From Eledone cirrhosa (lineage: Eukaryota), in the NCBI GenBank assembly GCA_964016885.1, contig OZ024762.1:6138001-6202000 (forward strand): DNA of 64,000 nt, given 5' to 3'. Made by a program: the position numbers and the translations under genes. Numbering within the stretch: position 1 is the stretch's first letter; each line of letters starts with the position of its first letter. Below are positions 63,956-64,000 of the stretch, piece by piece. Below the pieces are notes generated by a model. It saw only the letters and a program-made list of their open reading frames with translations, ran no database searches and was not told the origin of the DNA.

Positions 63956-64000
63956 ACATTGTAAATTCTAACAATCTATTTCTCTTCCAACTACATCAAT

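Overview
AT-rich, repeat-dense animal genomic DNA; the SINE families and microsatellite style suggest a coleoid cephalopod, probably Octopus (inference). I hand-spliced four intron-containing genes using GT-AG junctions with consistent phases: the 3' half of PHYHD1 (+, 528-4531), MRRF (-, about 18991-5776, ~287 aa), RBM18 (+, 19667-27252, 195 aa) and PSMB7 (+, 33236-42163, 275 aa). MRRF and RBM18 are head-to-head around a ~0.7 kb promoter, as in human, and all four genes lie on human 9q33-34. Introns and the apparently gene-free last 21 kb hold SINEs, RTE/CR1/Tx1/HERO/CRE LINE fragments, Helitron relics, MITEs and several TE-derived minisatellites. The long ORFs in the ORF track come from these repeats. 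The strongest unexplained signal is a set of about ten minimal type-I hammerhead ribozyme motifs in at least four families, most with palindromic stem III and several in inverted pairs (Penelope/retrozyme-like). Also notable: a SINE whose target-site duplication regenerated a PSMB7 splice acceptor, and a 3' UTR minisatellite built from the MRRF C-terminal codons. All calls are by eye; no searches were run.
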